64,000 nucleotides of DNA. Origin: an uncultured Candidatus Saccharibacteria bacterium (GTDB lineage Bacteria > Patescibacteriota > Saccharimonadia > Saccharimonadales > Saccharimonadaceae). This document shows, piece after piece, positions 55,948 to 64,000 of this stretch. The notes below the pieces were generated by a model, which worked only from the letters and a program-made list of their open reading frames with translations, searched no databases and was not told where the DNA came from. The stretch is taken from contig CAUQDR010000001.1 of the NCBI GenBank assembly GCA_963517325.1, positions 236,130 to 300,129 of the forward strand, given 5' to 3'. Position numbers and translations under genes: made by a program. The stretch's first letter is position 1; the number at the start of each line of letters is the position of its first letter.

Positions 55948-57422
55948 TGTCAGAAAATTCAGCTTACGAAATTACTATCGGTATTGAATGTCACGTTCAG
56001 CTCGCGACCAAGACCAAGCTTTTTTCTGAAGTCGACAATGATGCTCGCGGCAAGGAGCCTAACTCTTGTGTTTCGCCAGTCGAGTACGCTCTTCCTGGCA
56101 TGTTGCCACGCTTGAATCAAGAAGCCGTTCGTCTCGCTACTCGTGCTGGTCTAGCACTTAATTCCAATATCAATCTAATTTCACGCTTCGATCGCAAGCA
56201 TTATTTTTATCCAGATTCTCCGAAAGGTTATCAGATTACCCAGATGTACCAGCCAATTATTGGTCCAGGTTTTGTTGAGCTTCCGAATGGCACGAAGATT
56301 CGCATTGAACACGCCCATCTCGAGGGGGATGCTGGCAAGCTCACACATTTCGATACTTACAGTCTTGTCGACCTTAACCGTGCCGACACTCCACTCATTG
56401 AAATTGTCTCTATGCCAGACATTCATTCGAAGGAGGATGCTCGCGATTATTGTAAGGAACTTTGGCGCATTTTAACTTTTGCTGGCGTGACTTACGGTGA
56501 TCTTTATAATGGCAATATGCGTTTCGATGTGAATATTTCGCTCGCTAAAAAAGGTAGCACTGAGCTTGGTACGCGTGCCGAAATTAAAAACCTCAATTCT
56601 TTCCGTTCGGTTGAAATGGCGGTCGATTACGAATATCACAGGCAGAAAAAATTGCTGGATAATGGCGAAAAAGTGGTTCAGGAAACCCGTGGCTGGAATG
56701 ATAATACCGGCAAAACCACTTCTCAGCGTAGCAAGGAAGAGGCTAATGATTATCGCTACATGCCAGAACCAGATATTCCGCCAATTCATTTGACTGAGGA
56801 ATATGTTGAAGCTGAGCGCGCTAAACTAGTACGTCTGCCAGCCGATTATCGCGCCATGCTGCGTGTGGTGATTCCAGAGGAACAGCTAGAAATTCTTCTC
56901 GACCACCAAAATCTTGTCGAAAGTCTAGCCGAATTAAAATCCGCCTATGACACTAATGGTATCGAGAAGGAAATTACTAAGAACGCCATTTTAAAGATTT
57001 CTAATCTCTACACCTCGGTGCTTCTCGCAGAAGAAAATAGTAGTCTTTTGAATGATGAACTTCCGACCACCATGCAGCTTCGCGAACTTGCTGAGATGAT
57101 TAATAAGAACGAACTTTCTTCCACCAGTGTCAAGGAAGTGTTCCTGCGCTTCTTCGATCCAAACATGCACCACAAGTCGGCTCGCGAAATCGCCAAGGAA
57201 CTCAACCTGCTTCAAGAAAACGACCTCGGTGCGCTCTCTGATATTGTCGATCAAGTCCTAGCTGATCCAGCCTGCGCCCAAGCTGTTGCCGATTTTAAAG
57301 CAGGTAGTGAAAAAGTTATCGGCTTCCTCGTCGGTCAAGTCATGAAAGCTTCGAAAGGTAAGGCTAACCCAGCTATCGCTCAGAAACTTCTACGCGAAAA
57401 ATTGCAACAATCATCTAGCTAA
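55947..57422 (+). CDS. gatB: Asp/Glu-tRNA amidotransferase subunit B
   Basis: 491 aa. Motifs IGIECHVQL, YFYPDSPKGYQITQ and RFDVNIS, with a C-terminal YqeY-like tail. Confidence 0.96.
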   Translation: MSENSAYEITIGIECHVQLATKTKLFSEVDNDARGKEPNSCVSPVEYALPGMLPRLNQEAVRLATRAGLALNSNINLISRFDRKHYFYPDSPKGYQITQMYQPIIGPGFVELPNGTKIRIEHAHLEGDAGKLTHFDTYSLVDLNRADTPLIEIVSMPDIHSKEDARDYCKELWRILTFAGVTYGDLYNGNMRFDVNISLAKKGSTELGTRAEIKNLNSFRSVEMAVDYEYHRQKKLLDNGEKVVQETRGWNDNTGKTTSQRSKEEANDYRYMPEPDIPPIHLTEEYVEAERAKLVRLPADYRAMLRVVIPEEQLEILLDHQNLVESLAELKSAYDTNGIEKEITKNAILKISNLYTSVLLAEENSSLLNDELPTTMQLRELAEMINKNELSSTSVKEVFLRFFDPNMHHKSAREIAKELNLLQENDLGALSDIVDQVLADPACAQAVADFKAGSEKVIGFLVGQVMKASKGKANPAIAQKLLREKLQQSSS

Positions 57423-57466
57423 TCACTTGGATCAATTCCTATCAAAGCCAGTCAAAGCTAAAACCT

Positions 57467-57494
57467 AAAATCCGGCCACAGAGCCGGATTTTTT
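57467..57494 (+). terminator. intrinsic terminator after gatB
   Basis: Sequence aaaatccggc-cacaga-gccggatttttt. Confidence 0.75.
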
Positions 57495-57527
57495 AACAGC
57501 TAAAATTCCACTATCCGATTCTACTTA

Positions 57528-57536
57528 TGCTATAAT
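57528..57536 (+). promoter_or_regulatory. extended -10 box TGCTATAAT upstream of metK (31-nt leader)
   Basis: Sequence is cttatgctataat. Confidence 0.45.
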
Positions 57537-57567
57537 AAGTAAAAGTTAAGACCACAAGAAAGAAAAT

Positions 57568-58626
57568 ATGAAGCTATATAGTAATGAGATTGTTTTTCGT
57601 GGTCATCCTGATAAAGTTTGTGACCAAATCAGTGACGCCCTGCTTGATGCCTTTCTCTCTGGTGATCCCAGCTCCCGTTGTGGTATCGAAGTGATGGGTG
57701 GCAAGGGTAGGATTTTTATCACCGGCGAAGTCACTTCCGCCGCAAAGGTCGACGTTGAGTCTGTGGTGACGCGCGTTTTAAAAGAGGTTGGCTACATTAA
57801 TGGTGATAATGCGGAAAATCTCACACCTTCTGGTACACTCGCTGATTTTGAAATCGTTAATAATCTCGGCGTCCAGAGTCAGGATATTGCCCTCGGTACG
57901 AATGATGAGGTGGGTGGCGCCGGCGACCAGGGAATGATGTTCGGTTTTGCCTGTGATGACAATGCCGAATATAAGCCGACCGCCATGGCCATCATGCAGG
58001 AATTTTCCAAATTCTACGATGAACTACGCCAAAAAGATTCCCGCTTCCTCGCGGACGGTAAAACTCAGCTCACTGGTGAATACGACGAGAATATGCATCT
58101 TACCAAGATTAAAGACTGGACCATCAGTTATCAAAATACCGAAACTGATCGCGCCGAAACTGATCAAATTCTCATCGATAAGGCCCGCGAAATTGCCGGA
58201 AAATATGGCGTAGAGGTCGAAAAATTCCTCGTTAACCCTACCGGCAAATTCCTCATCGGTGGTTTTATGGGCGATGCTGGGCTCACTGGTCGTAAAATCG
58301 TAGTCGATAGTTATCAGTCTTTTGCTCCGGTCGGAGGTGGTGCTTTCTCTGGTAAGGATCCATCCAAGGTTGACCGCTCAGCTGCCTATAAGGCCCGCGA
58401 AATTGCTGTAGATTACCTCAAGCGTTATAATTTGCATTCATGTGAAGTGCAACTTTCTTACGCCATCGGTATTGCTGAACCACTTGCGATTTATATCAAG
58501 GGTGACGGTAAAAACATCACACCAGAGTCAGAATTATATGCCGCTTGTACGCCGAAAAATATCATCAAAGATTTGGATCTCTTACATAAAAAATACGAAG
58601 ATACTGCCAAATTCGGTCATTTCTAA
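57568..58626 (+). CDS. metK: S-adenosylmethionine synthetase (compact 352-aa form)
   Basis: Motifs GHPDKVCDQISD, GAGDQGMMFGFA and GGGAFSGKDPSKVDRSAAY. The protein ends right after FGHF. Confidence 0.92.
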   Translation: MKLYSNEIVFRGHPDKVCDQISDALLDAFLSGDPSSRCGIEVMGGKGRIFITGEVTSAAKVDVESVVTRVLKEVGYINGDNAENLTPSGTLADFEIVNNLGVQSQDIALGTNDEVGGAGDQGMMFGFACDDNAEYKPTAMAIMQEFSKFYDELRQKDSRFLADGKTQLTGEYDENMHLTKIKDWTISYQNTETDRAETDQILIDKAREIAGKYGVEVEKFLVNPTGKFLIGGFMGDAGLTGRKIVVDSYQSFAPVGGGAFSGKDPSKVDRSAAYKAREIAVDYLKRYNLHSCEVQLSYAIGIAEPLAIYIKGDGKNITPESELYAACTPKNIIKDLDLLHKKYEDTAKFGHF

Positions 58627-58630
58627 AAAT

Positions 58631-58661
58631 AAAAAAGAACCTCATCTCGGGGTTCTTTTTT
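58631..58661 (+). terminator. intrinsic terminator after metK
   Basis: Sequence aaaaagaacctc-atctc-ggggttctttttt. Confidence 0.75.
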
Positions 58662-58721
58662 CTTTAAAATAGTGTAGAATGAAACTAGAAGCATAAGCAT
58701 AAAATAAAAAGGAGAGAATAC

Positions 58722-60182
58722 ATGCTAAAACCCGTTAAATTTCTAAAAAGAGTTCAGGGGTTCTGTCAGCATGCTTTTAATCTCCTGCCAATCTTTTCAT
58801 TTGGTGGTATATCTCTTATCTTAGGTACTTTTGCCATTGTTCCTAATTTTATGAACTTCGCATATGCTGAAGAAAACACAACTTCGCCAAAGCAAAAAGA
58901 CATCACCCTCTCCATGAGTGTAAATTTATCATTGCATAAATTTGATGATGTTTATTTGACATCCCTTGGTACATCACAAGAGCCTGATAAAAATACCGTT
59001 TCCATAATTCCAAAAGTTCAAACTAATAATCCTGCTGGGTATAAGATTTTTTTCTCGGACGCCGATGAGGATACCAATATGAGAAGTATTGAGTCTACAG
59101 TAACTGACTCCATTCGTTCCGCCACTCCTGCTGACTTTGAAAATGGTGAACCGAAAAACACCACTGACAATTATTGGTATTGTGGAATTATTAATGGCGC
59201 TCCAGATGGATTTACTCATATACAAAAAACAAACTCAAATAATAATGATCTAAGTGTTCCAACTAAAAATTCACCGAAAATGATTGAGGAAGTTAAATAC
59301 GTAAGACCGAATGAATCTAGGTCAAAGGGTGTCCATTGTGGTATATCCATTAATAAGCAATTAGCACCTTCTACATACACAGATAGTGTAATTTTTAGCT
59401 CAGTGGCGAACACTAATAATTTAATCAATGCAAAAATCACAAACAGCGAACAGTTCTTTCGCAAAGCAAGAGATGTAGGGGGTGGCTTCAGTAAATTTAA
59501 ATATACAAAGCCGTGGAATAATTATAGCGAGCATATACTTAATGATGGACGAATTGTATCTCAACTTAAGTCAGACTATGAAATATTTATGGGGCAACCA
59601 TCCCCATCGTGTCCAGCTCAAATGGAAATGTATGACGCTGCGGAATCTGAAGAAATGGAACCAATATTGATGTGGAGAAGTGGATGTGAAAGGTCGCTGA
59701 ACTGGTGGACCCCATCTGGTACTTTGACTTTTGGAGAAGATTGTTCCTCATTTTTTGCATCTGGTCGCAGCCCTAGATTTGATGGAATTGATTTATCGAA
59801 TGTAGACATTTCAAATTGTAAAAATATGGAGTCTATGTTTGAAAGAAATGATGATGGATTTAAAGTAATTAATTTTGGAGACAATAAATTCTCACCAGAG
59901 CTAAAGAACACCAAGAAGATGTTTAAAAACAACCCGGATCTTACGAAGATTATTGTATCTCCTGGAACCGATTTAAGCTATGTGCCAGAAAGTAATGAAA
60001 TGTTCCTTGGGGATATTAAATTGGAAGGATATAAAACCTGGAAGCTATCTTACGGCAAAATTGGTTGCACTAGTACTCTCTATGAGGAGAGCTATGGTGT
60101 AGATGCTAGGAGGGCAGTAACGGGGTGGGGGTATCTGCATGACGGTAGTGATCCAAATATATGTGAAGAGCAACAGCTATAA
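58722..60182 (+). CDS. DUF285-related surface protein, paralogue 4 (tandem copy A)
   Basis: 486 aa. TM/signal FGGISLILGTFAIVPNFMNFAYAEE. N-domain NNPAGYKIFFSDADEDTNMRS, DNYWYCGI and STYTDSVIFSSVANTNN. C-terminal DUF285-type units IDLSNVDISNCKNMESMF and LKNTKKMF. Confidence 0.75.
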   Translation: MLKPVKFLKRVQGFCQHAFNLLPIFSFGGISLILGTFAIVPNFMNFAYAEENTTSPKQKDITLSMSVNLSLHKFDDVYLTSLGTSQEPDKNTVSIIPKVQTNNPAGYKIFFSDADEDTNMRSIESTVTDSIRSATPADFENGEPKNTTDNYWYCGIINGAPDGFTHIQKTNSNNNDLSVPTKNSPKMIEEVKYVRPNESRSKGVHCGISINKQLAPSTYTDSVIFSSVANTNNLINAKITNSEQFFRKARDVGGGFSKFKYTKPWNNYSEHILNDGRIVSQLKSDYEIFMGQPSPSCPAQMEMYDAAESEEMEPILMWRSGCERSLNWWTPSGTLTFGEDCSSFFASGRSPRFDGIDLSNVDISNCKNMESMFERNDDGFKVINFGDNKFSPELKNTKKMFKNNPDLTKIIVSPGTDLSYVPESNEMFLGDIKLEGYKTWKLSYGKIGCTSTLYEESYGVDARRAVTGWGYLHDGSDPNICEEQQL

Positions 60183-60194
60183 TGAAAACATTAA

Positions 60195-60221
60195 GAAAAG
60201 AGAGCCACGCTCTCTCTTTTT
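60195..60221 (+). terminator. intrinsic terminator after tandem copy A
   Basis: Sequence gaaaagagagc-cac-gctctctcttttt. Confidence 0.65.
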
Positions 60222-60371
60222 ATTTATAGTTCTCATAAAACACAGTACTTATACCTTAAAGATAATTCATTAAAACAAATAGAGTCTTAGCTGTAAAGGC
60301 TAAGAGTAAGACCTTGAATAAAACCATAAATGATATAGAATAGAGCTAGAAGCATAAGCACAAAAATCAAA

Positions 60372-61901
60372 ATGAAAGGTAGTATGTCTAAAATCAAAAC
60401 ATTTTTTAAGAGGCCATCGCGAAAGTGGCAGCGCATTTTTGGTTTCTTGCCGATTATTTCGCTTGGTGGCACAGCGTTCATTCTCGGCACCTTCGCCATC
60501 GCGCCGAATTTTATGAACTTCGCCCATGCAGAAGAAAAACCGGCCCTAAAGCCAAGTGATATCAAGCTAGCAATGAGTGTAGATGAAACTTTTCACAAGT
60601 TCAATGATGTCTATCTTACTTCGGATGGGGTGGAACATGAAGCTCAAAATAATACCACTTTTATACCGACAGTCGAGACTAATAATCCTGCCGGCTACAA
60701 AGTTTACTTCTCAGATGTTGATGAGGACACTAATATGCGCAGCGTTGATGCTACGGTGACCGACTCTATCCGCTCTGCCACTCCTTCCGATTTTGAAAAC
60801 GGCCAGCCAAAAAATACTACTGACAATTACTGGTATTGTGGTATCTTAGAGGTTCTAGATACGGTTGCGGGAGAAGTAGTGAAAATAAATTCCACTAACA
60901 ATGATTTGGCAATTCCTACCAGAAGTCACCCACGATTAATTGATGAAGTGAAATATGTAAAACCTAATGACAATAAAAATAACGGCGTCTACTGTGGTCT
61001 TTCGATTAATAAGCAATTAGCTCCATCTACCTATGTTGGCAAAATGATTTTCAGTACTTTAGCCAATACTAATAATTTGAAGCCTGCCACTTTGAAGGAC
61101 GGCTATTCAGCTTTTCGTAGAATTCCGAATGATTATCATACGGGTAAAAGGGAATTTAAAAGCTTTAAATATGCTAAACCGACCCCACAGGATTATTCAA
61201 GTGAAATTATTGATGATCAGACTATTACTTCCAATATAAAACCGGATTACCTATTGGTTAATAATAGCCCTGATATTGTTCCTCCTGGTGAGCCGTTGCC
61301 AGCTTGTCCTCCCTACAATGTAATATGTTTTAATATGTATAATGCCACCGCTAATAATACTGATAATGAGGAGCCGGTTTTAATTTGGGTCTCAAGATCC
61401 GAAGATAGTGGTTTGCACTGGTGGTCTCCATCAGGGACCTTAAAACTTGGTGAAAATTGCTCCAATTTCTTCTCTACGGATAATGCTCCACGTTTCGACA
61501 ACCTAGACCTTTCTGGGATTGATATTTCGAACTGCAAGAACATGGAATCTATGTTTGAGCGCACCGATGAAGGATTTAATAAAATCGATTTCGGTAATAA
61601 TCAATTTTCTCCTGAGATATCTAATACCAAGAATATGTTTAAGGGTAATTCTAATCTGGAAGAGATTAAGACTAGTCATGACCTTGACTTGACTTACGTA
61701 CCTGAAAGTAGTGGCATGTTCGATGGGGATACACAACTAGTAGGTTCATATTATAATAACGGTTGCGTCTTTACCGAATATAACACTTTGAAAACTGACG
61801 GCTCTATGGCTAAAACCGTAATCGGCTACTTCCATCGTACCTATGGCGACGATCGTGAATGTGTAAAGATTAAGCCTGGACGACCATCAGTTGGTCCATA
61901 G
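60372..61901 (+). CDS. DUF285-related surface protein, paralogue 5 (tandem copy B)
   Basis: 509 aa. Collinear with copy A (LGGTAFILGTFAIAPNFMNFAHAEE, NNPAGYKVYFSDVDEDTNMRS, DNYWYCGI, IDISNCKNMESMFERTDEGF). Confidence 0.75.
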   Translation: MKGSMSKIKTFFKRPSRKWQRIFGFLPIISLGGTAFILGTFAIAPNFMNFAHAEEKPALKPSDIKLAMSVDETFHKFNDVYLTSDGVEHEAQNNTTFIPTVETNNPAGYKVYFSDVDEDTNMRSVDATVTDSIRSATPSDFENGQPKNTTDNYWYCGILEVLDTVAGEVVKINSTNNDLAIPTRSHPRLIDEVKYVKPNDNKNNGVYCGLSINKQLAPSTYVGKMIFSTLANTNNLKPATLKDGYSAFRRIPNDYHTGKREFKSFKYAKPTPQDYSSEIIDDQTITSNIKPDYLLVNNSPDIVPPGEPLPACPPYNVICFNMYNATANNTDNEEPVLIWVSRSEDSGLHWWSPSGTLKLGENCSNFFSTDNAPRFDNLDLSGIDISNCKNMESMFERTDEGFNKIDFGNNQFSPEISNTKNMFKGNSNLEEIKTSHDLDLTYVPESSGMFDGDTQLVGSYYNNGCVFTEYNTLKTDGSMAKTVIGYFHRTYGDDRECVKIKPGRPSVGP

Positions 61902-61918
61902 TCTTTAGTAAAAATCCC

Positions 61919-61946
61919 AAAGAGAGCCCAGTGCTCTCTTTTTTTC
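61919..61946 (+). terminator. intrinsic terminator after tandem copy B
   Basis: Sequence aaagagagc-ccagt-gctctcttttttt. Related to the copy A terminator. Confidence 0.7.
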
Positions 61947-62008
61947 TTCTTGAAATTATGGTAAAATATCCTGAAAGTCTAAAAAACTATTAATTAATAA
62001 GGAAATTC

Positions 62009-64000
62009 ATGGCAGAAGCTACACATGATTTATCAAAATTGCGCAATATTGGTATTATTGCACATATTGATGCAGGCAAGACCACGACTTCAGAGGCTAT
62101 CCTCTACCGTACTGGCTTGAAGCACAAAATCGACCTCGTCAAGGGTGACACCGGTGGTGCTACTACTGACTGGATGGAACAGGAAAAGGAACGTGGTATT
62201 ACCATTACTTCCGCAGCTGTTACCGCCACTTGGAAAGGTCACAAAATTAACATTATCGATACCCCGGGCCACATCGACTTTACCGCAGAAGTAGAACGCT
62301 CTCTTCGCGTGCTCGATGGTGCCGTCACCGTTTTCGATGGTAAGATGGGTGTCGAAGCTCAATCCGAAACTGTTTGGCGCCAAGCTACCAAATATGGTGT
62401 GCCACGTCTCTGTTTCATTAACAAGATTAATCAAATCGGTGGTGACTTCTACAAGTCTCTCGATTCTATCCACAAGCGTCTCTCGAAGAATGCTTTCGCT
62501 ATTCACCTTCCAATTGGTTTCGAAAAAGACATCTGTGGTGTCGTCGACCTTATCGATATGAAGGCCTACACCTACAAGGAATATGCTGACCACGAATTGA
62601 CGGTTGGTGAAATTCCTGCTGATATGCTTGACAAGGCTAAGAAAGCTCGCGCTCTTCTCGTTGAAGAAGCCGTAGCTGCTGATGAAGATTTGATGAATAA
62701 GTACTTCGCCGAAGGTGAAGAAGCTATCACCGAAGCTGAACTTAAAGTAGCTCTTCGTAAGCGTGTACTTGATGGTGACTTCTTCCTCGTGACCGGTGGT
62801 GATGGTCGTGGTGTGATCGTTGAAAAAGTTCTCGACCTCTGTGTTGACTACCTCCCTTCACCTCTTGATCGTGATCTCGGTCAAACCGTTGGCACAGATC
62901 CAAAAACTGGTGATAAGGTTATCCGTAAGGCTTCTGTCACTGAACCTCTCACTGCTCTTGCATTCAAGATTGCTTCTGACCCATTCGTCGGTAAGCTCGT
63001 CTTCGTCCGCGTCTACTCTGGTGTCTTGAAGTCCGGCTCTTACATCTTAAACGCTACTACCAGCAATAAGGAACGTGTCGGTCGTCTAGTCCGTATGTTC
63101 GCTGATAAACGTGAAGAAATTTCTGAGGTTGCCGCTGGTGATATTGCCGCTATCGTCGGTCTCAAAGAAACTACCACTGGTACCACTCTCTGTGATCCAG
63201 CCCACCCAATTCACCTTGAATCTATCGAGTTCCCAGAACCACCTGTTTCTATCGCTGTTGAGCCTAAGACTAAGGCTGACCAAGAAAAAATGGGTCTTGG
63301 TCTTGCTAAGCTCGCCGAAGAAGATCCAACCTTCCGTGTTCACACCGATGAGGAAACCGGTCAAACTATTATTTCTGGTATGGGTGAGCTTCACCTCGAA
63401 ATCATTATCGATCGCTTGAAGCGTGAACATAACGTGGAAGCTAATACTGGTGCTCCTCAGGTTGCCTACCGTGAAACGATCCGTGGCACTGCTGAAGCTC
63501 AAGGTAAGCACATCAAGCAGTCCGGTGGTCGTGGTCAATACGGTGATGTTTGGATTAAGTTTGAGCCAAATGAACCAGGTAAGGGCTTCGAATTCATCGA
63601 TATGATCAAGGGTGGTGTGGTGCCTCAAGAATACCGCAAGCCAGTCCAACAAGGTGTGGAAGAAACCCTTAATGGTGGTGTGATTGCTGGCTATCCAGTC
63701 GTCGATATTAAGGCTACCCTCTATGATGGTTCTTACCACGATGTCGACTCTTCTGAGCTCGCCTTCAAACTCGCTGGTAGCTTGGCTACCCGTGAAGGTA
63801 TCAAGAAAGCTAAACCAGTGCTCCTTGAGCCATTTATGAAACTTGAAGTTACTACCCCTGAAGAATTCATGGGTGACGTGATTGGTGATATTAACTCTCG
63901 CCGTGGCCGTATCGACGCTATGGAAGACATTCAAGGTGGCGCCAAGCTTATTACTGCTTTCGCTCCACTTGCTAACCTCTTCGGTTACACTTCCGATCTC
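62009..64000 (+). CDS. fusA: elongation factor G, first 664 codons (continues beyond window end)
   Basis: Own translation from ATG 62009 gives [36 protein letters not shown]...[17 protein letters not shown]...IDTPGHIDF...[16 protein letters not shown]...[10 protein letters not shown].... There is no in-frame stop to 64000. It is absent from the ORF track because it has no stop in the window. Confidence 0.95.
   Translation, partial: MAEATHDLSKLRNIGIIAHIDAGKTTTSEAILYRTGLKHKIDLVKGDTGGATTDWMEQEKERGITITSAAVTATWKGHKINIIDTPGHIDFTAEVERSLRVLDGAVTVFDGKMGVEAQSETVWRQATKYGVPRLCFINKINQIGGDFYKSLDSIHKRLSKNAFAIHLPIGFEKDICGVVDLIDMKAYTYKEYADHELTVGEIPADMLDKAKKARALLVEEAVAADEDLMNKYFAEGEEAITEAELKVALRKRVLDGDFFLVTGGDGRGVIVEKVLDLCVDYLPSPLDRDLGQTVGTDPKTGDKVIRKASVTEPLTALAFKIASDPFVGKLVFVRVYSGVLKSGSYILNATTSNKERVGRLVRMFADKREEISEVAAGDIAAIVGLKETTTGTTLCDPAHPIHLESIEFPEPPVSIAVEPKTKADQEKMGLGLAKLAEEDPTFRVHTDEETGQTIISGMGELHLEIIIDRLKREHNVEANTGAPQVAYRETIRGTAEAQGKHIKQSGGRGQYGDVWIKFEPNEPGKGFEFIDMIKGGVVPQEYRKPVQQGVEETLNGGVIAGYPVVDIKATLYDGSYHDVDSSELAFKLAGSLATREGIKKAKPVLLEPFMKLEVTTPEEFMGDVIGDINSRRGRIDAMEDIQGGAKLITAFAPLANLFGYTSDL

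Noticed and set aside
57423-57567. SAM riboswitch upstream of metK
   Set aside because: The interval holds only the gatB terminator, a TGCTATAAT box and a 31-nt leader. It is too short for a SAM-I/II/IV fold and lacks the conserved helices.
60287-60565. 92-aa and 75-aa minus-strand ORFs
   Set aside because: They overlap the promoter/leader and 5' end of the 60372 surface-protein gene, whose paralogue confirms the plus-strand frame.
62090-63934. Minus-strand ORFs of 167 aa and 282 aa (62090-62593, 63086-63934)
   Set aside because: They lie entirely antisense to the EF-G reading frame. Their low-complexity sequences have no motifs. They are shadow ORFs.
1-64000. Alternative genetic code (UGA recoded, as in some candidate phyla)
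   Set aside because: TGA terminates well-conserved proteins at the expected lengths (the NRPS at 215 and gatA at 55531, both in ATGA overlaps). No conserved gene is interrupted by in-frame TGA.

Overview
This 64-kb window is a compact, gene-dense bacterial genome segment that uses the standard code, with UGA as a stop. Most of it is housekeeping:
- DNA repair: uvrA, uvrB, recG, sbcB and a UDG-family glycosylase.
- Translation and metabolism: obg, trmD, rsmD, gatC-gatA-(small membrane ORF)-gatB, a compact metK, one tRNA-Leu(UAG), and the first 664 codons of fusA. The ORF track misses fusA because it runs off the window end.
- Signalling, envelope and transport: a PAS histidine kinase with a receiver-only response regulator, a cell-envelope operon (membrane protein, RuvX-MltG fusion, LysM-CHAP hydrolase), and a BceAB-like ABC exporter.

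Gene content and organisation look like a reduced Patescibacteria/Saccharibacteria-type genome. This is an inference; no search was possible.

The main finding is at positions 1-11.5 kb. It is a markedly AT-rich, translationally coupled 8-gene minus-strand operon. It encodes a nonribosomal peptide synthetase system:
- a C-A-T-C-C-T megasynthetase and a stand-alone A-T protein;
- a NodU/CmcH carbamoyltransferase and an Sfp-type PPTase;
- a GNAT, an HDAC-like deacetylase, a DUF2087 protein and one partial unknown gene.

Other notable observations:
- Five paralogous DUF285/BspA-like repeat surface proteins share an N-terminal domain.
- There are several AT-rich accessory islets: Fic plus a secreted DUF1524 nuclease, a GrpB islet next to tRNA-Leu, and a cassette of small acidic ORFs that includes a poly-A frameshifted paralogue.
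- A recurring TGCTAWAAT extended -10 box sits 6-9 nt from start codons, which implies leaderless mRNAs.
- The last 40 nt of obg is reiterated four times in tandem.
- A structured spacer at the NRPS island boundary carries two identical terminators.

No rRNA, CRISPR array, integrase or intact transposase was seen.
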